A stretch of DNA of 57,923 bases, filler included, from Sphacelaria rigidula (taxonomy: Eukaryota): NCBI GenBank assembly GCA_964200075.2. It is 8 parts of 8 records of this genome, joined end to end, with 100 filler letters (N's around TTAATTAATTAA, not from the genome) between each part and the next. Parts side by side here need not be neighbours in the genome. Positions count along the whole stretch, not along the records: positions 50,772 to 57,923 come from CAXNAA020016230.1; 7 more parts are not named here. One strand, written 5' to 3'. The notes beneath the pieces are model-generated. The model searched no databases. It was not told the DNA's origin and saw nothing but the letters and a program-made list of their open reading frames with translations. Within the stretch, counting starts at the first letter, position 1. Every line of letters starts with the position of its first letter. Of the stretch, positions 52,344-57,923 are shown in pieces. A program made the translations under genes and the position numbers.

Positions 52344-53929
52344 TGTGCTCCGTTGTTTCGGAGTGGGGCTGCTATCTACAGAAGGGAACAGTTGAAACAT
52401 TTTGTCGTCTTGGAACGTGGTTCTGGTGAATGCACCATCGGAAGCCACTTAGGTGTCATGCTACGATGGGGTGGCCTGAAATACCCCTCTCTCCCCTCGG
52501 AGAATAGACGAGATTCTTCCCCCCATATCATACCGAAGGTAAGACATGAAAAAAACTAAAACCTGGACAAATAGGTGATAGCGTGATGGTTGACCACCTT
52601 ACATGCAGATCAAGAATACAAAATACACAACACGTGCGAATAGGGTAGGGTCATCACCCCCTCCCTGTCAAATTCACATAGAGGTTGGAGTCTCGTGGTG
52701 AGATATCCGTAAAACCTTACCGGTTTCCAGTAGGCGGTGGAAATCTGGCCAGCCATTTCCAAACATTTCCGACATTAAATGCAAAAGACGCCTGACGAAG
52801 GGAAGGTGTGGACAGCGCATGGCATAAATACCGAGACCTACTGCGCTCATGAAACAACGCTTTACCAATTACCTATCACAGGACCTACGAGAACGAGCAC
52901 CAAGCGGTACGTAGTCTTTTCGAGATCTTGAAGGACAGAAGCTGGTACAAAGTGTGGGGGAATTTTTGGCCAAGCTTTCGGCAGCGAATATCTACTCGGA
53001 AGCATCAGTGGAGTAGCGACCCGTGGTGAGCCGTACACGGTGTGGGAAAAGTGATGTACGGGGCATCCCAGTGTGAGTAAGACCTTGTGTCATGCAAGCC
53101 GTCCTTGAACCCTACACGGTGAAAATGACCTCCCTGGAGGAAAGTAACCAGTACAGCAGTGGGACAAGAAGAGAGAAGATACGATCGTGGGACGCCTGGA
53201 TGTTTTGCCGTGAAGATCACCTGGCGAAAACGTGAGGAACTTGTGTCGAAGGTGTTGAACTTGGCTTCACGCTGCGGGCCTATCTTGGATGTAGTATTCA
53301 GTGTCGGTGAGCCAGCAAAAGAACTGAAAGGTACCAGACCCTCAACAAGTACTAGGATTGGGATATCCCAGGACGTTGACTACATCCTACCAATACACTC
53401 GAAACGATTAAGCTGGAGAATCTCTCGAACGAGATCGAGAGAAAAACGGTAAGGAAGGGCCGATCGAGAAGTAAAAAGTGCTTGGGTAAGTACTAGTAGT
53501 GCTGGTATTCGAAGTTCGTAGCGACATGACGAGAATAGAGTTAAGAAAATAGAAGGAGCTGGACTATATTGTTTGGCAAGAGGAAAAGTAAAAAGGAAGG
53601 GAGAACACTTCAAAAACACGCTCAAACCGAGCGCGAGCAAGCAGCACGGAAGGATAGAGACAAGTAAGGTGTCGGCATGGGTTAGAAGAGTAGGAGGGAG
53701 AGTATGCATTGCTAACGGAACAACAAACCTAAGACGTAGTGGGCGGGTAAACGGAGGGGGAGAGAGGGAGGAAGAGGTACGTGCCCGGAAGGGGAAAGGG
53801 AGGAGACATAGCGGCCCGCAAATAGACAAAGACAAACGCAGACAGGGGAAGAACATTCAAGCGAGGAAAATTCTAAGTAAAAGCGACGGAGAGAGAACAG
53901 TAGACAACACGAGAGCAGGTAGTGATTCG

Positions 53930-56286
53930 GGAAGAAAGTTCAGAATAGGATCCTGGAACGTGTGTGCATTCGTCACAGACACGTGCAATTGGGAGGAGAT
54001 AGCGAAACAAGTGAGTAAACACGACCTAGATATGGTAGGAATCCAAGAGCCATGGGAGAAAGAGGGGGCGGGAAAATGATGCAAAGCTGAAGAGTACGCA
54101 TGGATAGGGAAAAGGCGGAAGGGGCAGAAGCCCAAGGGCAGGGGAGTGGGGGGAGTAGGAGTTTTAGTCAAGGAATACCTGTGTGACAGTATCAAAGTGA
54201 TCGACGACACGAAATTCGACGAGAGTATATGGATAAGGGTACCAGGAGAGCGGGGAACGAAGGACTTCGCAGGGAACATTTACATGACCCCAGAAGCGAA
54301 GCGTAGGGTGATTGACATACGAAGGAGGTTTGGAGAGATAGCAGCAGATGTACACAAGTATAAAATGCAAGGCGAAGTAATGTTAGTGGGAGATTTCAAT
54401 TCAAGGGTAGGAAGAGAAGGTCAACAGGATGATATCATTAGGCTATACGCGGAAGGTATGAAGTACTAGAAATACTCAAGTTCCTTGAGCACAACGAGAT
54501 GAAGACGCTGAATGATAGAGCACAAAAGCCAGAGGTGCAATGGACATAGACGAGGAAACAGAAAGGAAAAAAAATAGATTACTTCGTTCTTCAGTAAATG
54601 GTGGTAAAGCATGGGAAAGTAAAACAAGTGCAGGTACATATATACCCGAAGGATGTGGGAACCACAGATCATTGCCTCATATGGACAGAAAGTCAACAGA
54701 CGAAAGCTAAAAACAATAATAGACGAGGTAGGAAGTTGTACAAATGATAAATCGATAAACTAGAAGTGAAAACACAACGGCAAGAGTGCCAAGAAGAGAT
54801 GGACAGGATACGGTGAAATTTTCCGACCTGTTGGAACGCGTATGTACAGTTGATACCGAAACGGGAAAAAAACGGGCAGGAGCGAAGATTGCAGAAGAAT
54901 GGGAGCGGTTGGTCAAGAACACAGCGAGTCAAGTCATGGGAACGAAACTGATCGTATGCAACAGAGCAGTAAAATGGTGGGATGAGGAAGTAGGAGAGGC
55001 TATAAGAGTAAAAAGAGAGGCCCACGCGAGATAGATATTGAGTAGAACCACAGGAGTATGGGAGGAGTGAACTAGAGCCCGAAAGGAAGTAAATAAGATG
55101 GTACAGCTGAAAAAGAATGGAGTATCAGAAGGTGAAACGAAAAAAACAAAATGAAGATTTCGATGGCGGGATGAAACAAATGTGGGTAGGGATAAAAGGA
55201 ATACCGAGAATGCAGGCAGGAAAGATGGACAAAGGGATAGCCACACTCCAGGCACAGAACGGTAAAATGGTCAGTACCTCAAAAGTGAAAAGACAAGTGC
55301 TAGTCGAGCACTTCCGTAAACTAGGAACACCAATAAGTAAGACGGAGTTCGACATGGAAGTCGAAAAAGAAACCAGCGCGTGGGCAGAGGCAAATGTAGA
55401 GGCGTCAAACCGCGAGGATAGAGGCTCGACAGAATTGTAGAGAGAGATTACCAAGAGTGAAGTAAAGGAGTTCGTAGCTAAACTCGAGAGAAGAAGGTAG
55501 CAAGGGCACACGGAAGAGTGACTGAATATTCACGTATGGGGGAAAGAGGATGGTTATCATGATAGTTAGGCTGTACAACTGGATATGGGGAGACGAGTAC
55601 ACACCCAGGAGGTGGAGAGGGGAGTAGTCGTCAACCTTTTCCAAAAAGAGACAAGGCTGACCGAGTAAATTATAGAGGGATAACGCTACTGAGCACAGTA
55701 TGGAAAATTTTGTGTAAGATTCTGAACGATAGAGTAGGAACGAGGCTGGAAAATGAAGAGAAAATCAGCGAGGGGCAAGCAGGGTTTAGACCAAACCATG
55801 GCTGCGTAGGCCACGTGTACACACTAGGTAAGATTTTTATGGGTAGAAAAGACACCGGGCTGACAACGTACTGATTTTTCTTGACGTGCAAAACGCTTAT
55901 GACACAGTATGGAGAAATGTGTTGTGAAAACGTTGTGGGAAACTGGGATCAGAGGAAAGACGAGAAGAACGGTGCAGAGGATGACGGAATATGCCAAAAG
56001 CGCTACGAAGCTAGACGGGGGAATATCGAAATATTTTTTATAATATAAGGAGTTGCACAAGGATGTACGTTATCACTCACTCTGTTCATGGTTTTTAATA
56101 AACCTGACAAAAGTAAAAGAAGCAGCAAAGCAAGGGATCAAGGTGGGTGAAGATGTGATATCAGATTTGATGTTCGCGGATGATTTTGTGGCGATTTCAG
56201 GAAGAGCAGAAGGGTTACAGAAGCAGACAGACAGGGCGCTAGAATATACCAGGAACTGGAGAGGGACAGCGTACGTTAACAAATGA
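53930..56286 (+). mobile_element. Decayed LINE (non-LTR retrotransposon) ORF2: APE endonuclease plus reverse transcriptase
   Basis: APE motifs IGSWNV, DMVGIQE, GGVGVLVK, LVGDFNSRVG, TDH. RT motifs NYRGITLLS, EGQAGFRP, LMFADDFV. Many stops and frameshifts. Confidence 0.92.
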
Positions 56287-57775
56287 GCGGTGAAGTCGGT
56301 AACGAAGCTGAGAGAAATCCGGTAGAGGTGAACTGGAATTGCCCCATGAGACTTGGCATAAGGCCGTAAGTTTTTCACCCTAGCCTCAAAGCCACACATC
56401 TATGTAGGCAAGGTGGTGCGGAACAGTCGAACCATTTCGGCTGAGATAGATAAACAACGCCAAAATGCCTCATATTGATATATCCCAGCAGCAACACGGA
56501 GGAAACAGTAATCAGAGGAAGACATGACGCACACGAGAGGATGAAGGACCCTTGCCAACAACAACAAACGGAGGTGCCATGCCGCACCGTGCGACAACGA
56601 AAGAAAACGCGTCCCCGTCGACACGTTGATAGAGTCCCACCGATAGTAAACAAAGTCACCACGCTGCACGACGCAGCAACACACACCTACCGAGCACAAG
56701 CGGCAACGAAAGGAAAGCGCGTCCCGGTCAAGGCGTTCTGCCGGGAGGACTAACGGTGCATTCAGGCTCCGGATCGGTGATCCTTGAGCCACCCGACGGG
56801 CTGCAAGGCGTGAAGTATCTGGCGTTCTCAAACATCCTAAAGGGCTACAACAACCGTAGGCGCCATCCCGGTGATCCGTGATTGCGTTGTCATCGGTATG
56901 GTACACACGTGGCCACTGGAGTGCCTGGAGGGTGGCATTTTGGACCCTCCGGGCCCTGTGCAAAGTGCCTTGCCGCGGAGGATCAGAAACGTGACGTTGC
57001 CAGCGTATATTATGTTGTTACTCATTACAGGCTGCAGGCATGTTCAAGGCAAGTGTACCATCGTAGTGGCCACTGGGGTCCCTGGAACGTGCCTGAATGG
57101 ATGTTCCACAGGCTCGGTAACGTACCAGGTCGGGAACGTGACATTGCCAGACGTTGCCGGTGACGTTGCCGGACGTTGCCAGGGTATACGTTGGGACCCA
57201 TTACAGGTTGCAAGCACGTTGAAGGCAGGTGTACAGGTTACAGGCCCGACTGAAATTTCTATCTCCAAAAACTACGGGGCGGGGGGGGGGGGGGATCTAC
57301 GCATACGAGTAGGTCGGGTACGGCGTCGAATACTCTGCTCAAAGTGTGGGAAAGCTCTCTCACTAATTCTTGGACACATGGAGTATCACTCGAGTGTTTT
57401 CTCAAATCTTCGCTCAACTTTCCAATAGGCCGGGTGCGGCCTAAAATACTCTGCTCATACTGTGACATAATCTTGCATGTCGTGGTGGGAGGTGAGGTAG
57501 GGGGGAGGTGGGGGGGTTGCCATGATCTTGCATACCATAGTCATAAGAGCTGGGCCAGCGTTGGCACGGATTGAAGTTCTGAAGGCGATGTGTCATCGAG
57601 ACAGCTGACTTGGGCCGTGATCTGCATATCGTATTATCCGTCAAATGAGGGGAAAGGTGCCCATCTGCTCATAAGTCTGGGCCAAATTTTTGAATAGAAT
57701 ACACCCCATGTCTAGTAATACCTACGAGCTGGGTCAGCTTAAAAGCTGCTGAAAGTTGCTCACACCACAGCGTCC

Positions 57776-57866
57776 TGTGACGGTTTAAGAGACTACCAAC
57801 TAGACTACTGATAAGTCAGCGACTGACTTATCAGTAGTCTAGTTGGTAGTCTCTTAAACCGTCACA
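57776..57866. mobile_element. 91-bp perfect foldback element, copy B (44-bp arms, 3-nt loop CGA)
   Basis: TGTGACGGTTTAAGAGACTACCAACTAGACTACTGATAAGTCAG-CGA-CTGACTTATCAGTAGTCTAGTTGGTAGTCTCTTAAACCGTCACA. Confidence 0.9.
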
Positions 57867-57923
57867 AAAGTTAGTCGCTGGTTCGATTCTCTTCGGACGC
57901 ACTTTCTTTGAAGAAAAAAGAGG

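Noticed and set aside
6903..57550. Apparent plus-strand bias of the poly-G-headed repeat
   Set aside because: A minus-strand copy exists at ~35205-35290 and contig orientation is arbitrary.
1..57923. Fanzor/TnpB, giant-virus core genes or prokaryotic defence systems
   Set aside because: No RuvC/zinc-finger, capsid, polB or operon-like ORFs were recognisable by eye. Highly decayed relics cannot be excluded without HMM searches.

Overview
This is eukaryotic genomic DNA, most likely from a brown alga (Phaeophyceae; inferred from gene content, intron structure and TE families). It is not one locus. It is eight unrelated contigs of 7,153 bp each (the last is 7,152 bp), joined by artificial 100-nt linkers (44 N + TTAATTAATTAA + 44 N), so neighbouring segments should not be read as syntenic. 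Recognisable spliced host genes, all partial, are: an organellar-type threonyl-tRNA synthetase (6 exons, minus strand, one GC-AG intron), a POMP/adhesin-like GGAI-FxxN repeat protein with one repeat per exon, LYAR, NBP35/NUBP1 and RPL36. The rest is intronic or intergenic and dense with TEs: two degenerate Ty3/gypsy elements, a decayed LINE, tRNA-derived SINEs, a poly-G-headed dispersed repeat, a probable non-autonomous Helitron and several MITEs (Sola-like, hAT-like, piggyBac-like, pogo-like). I could not identify a novel protein-coding system. The best candidates for something undescribed are (1) a ~90-bp near-perfect foldback element found on two contigs with no TSD but shared asymmetric flanks, and (2) the exon-per-repeat adhesin-like gene.
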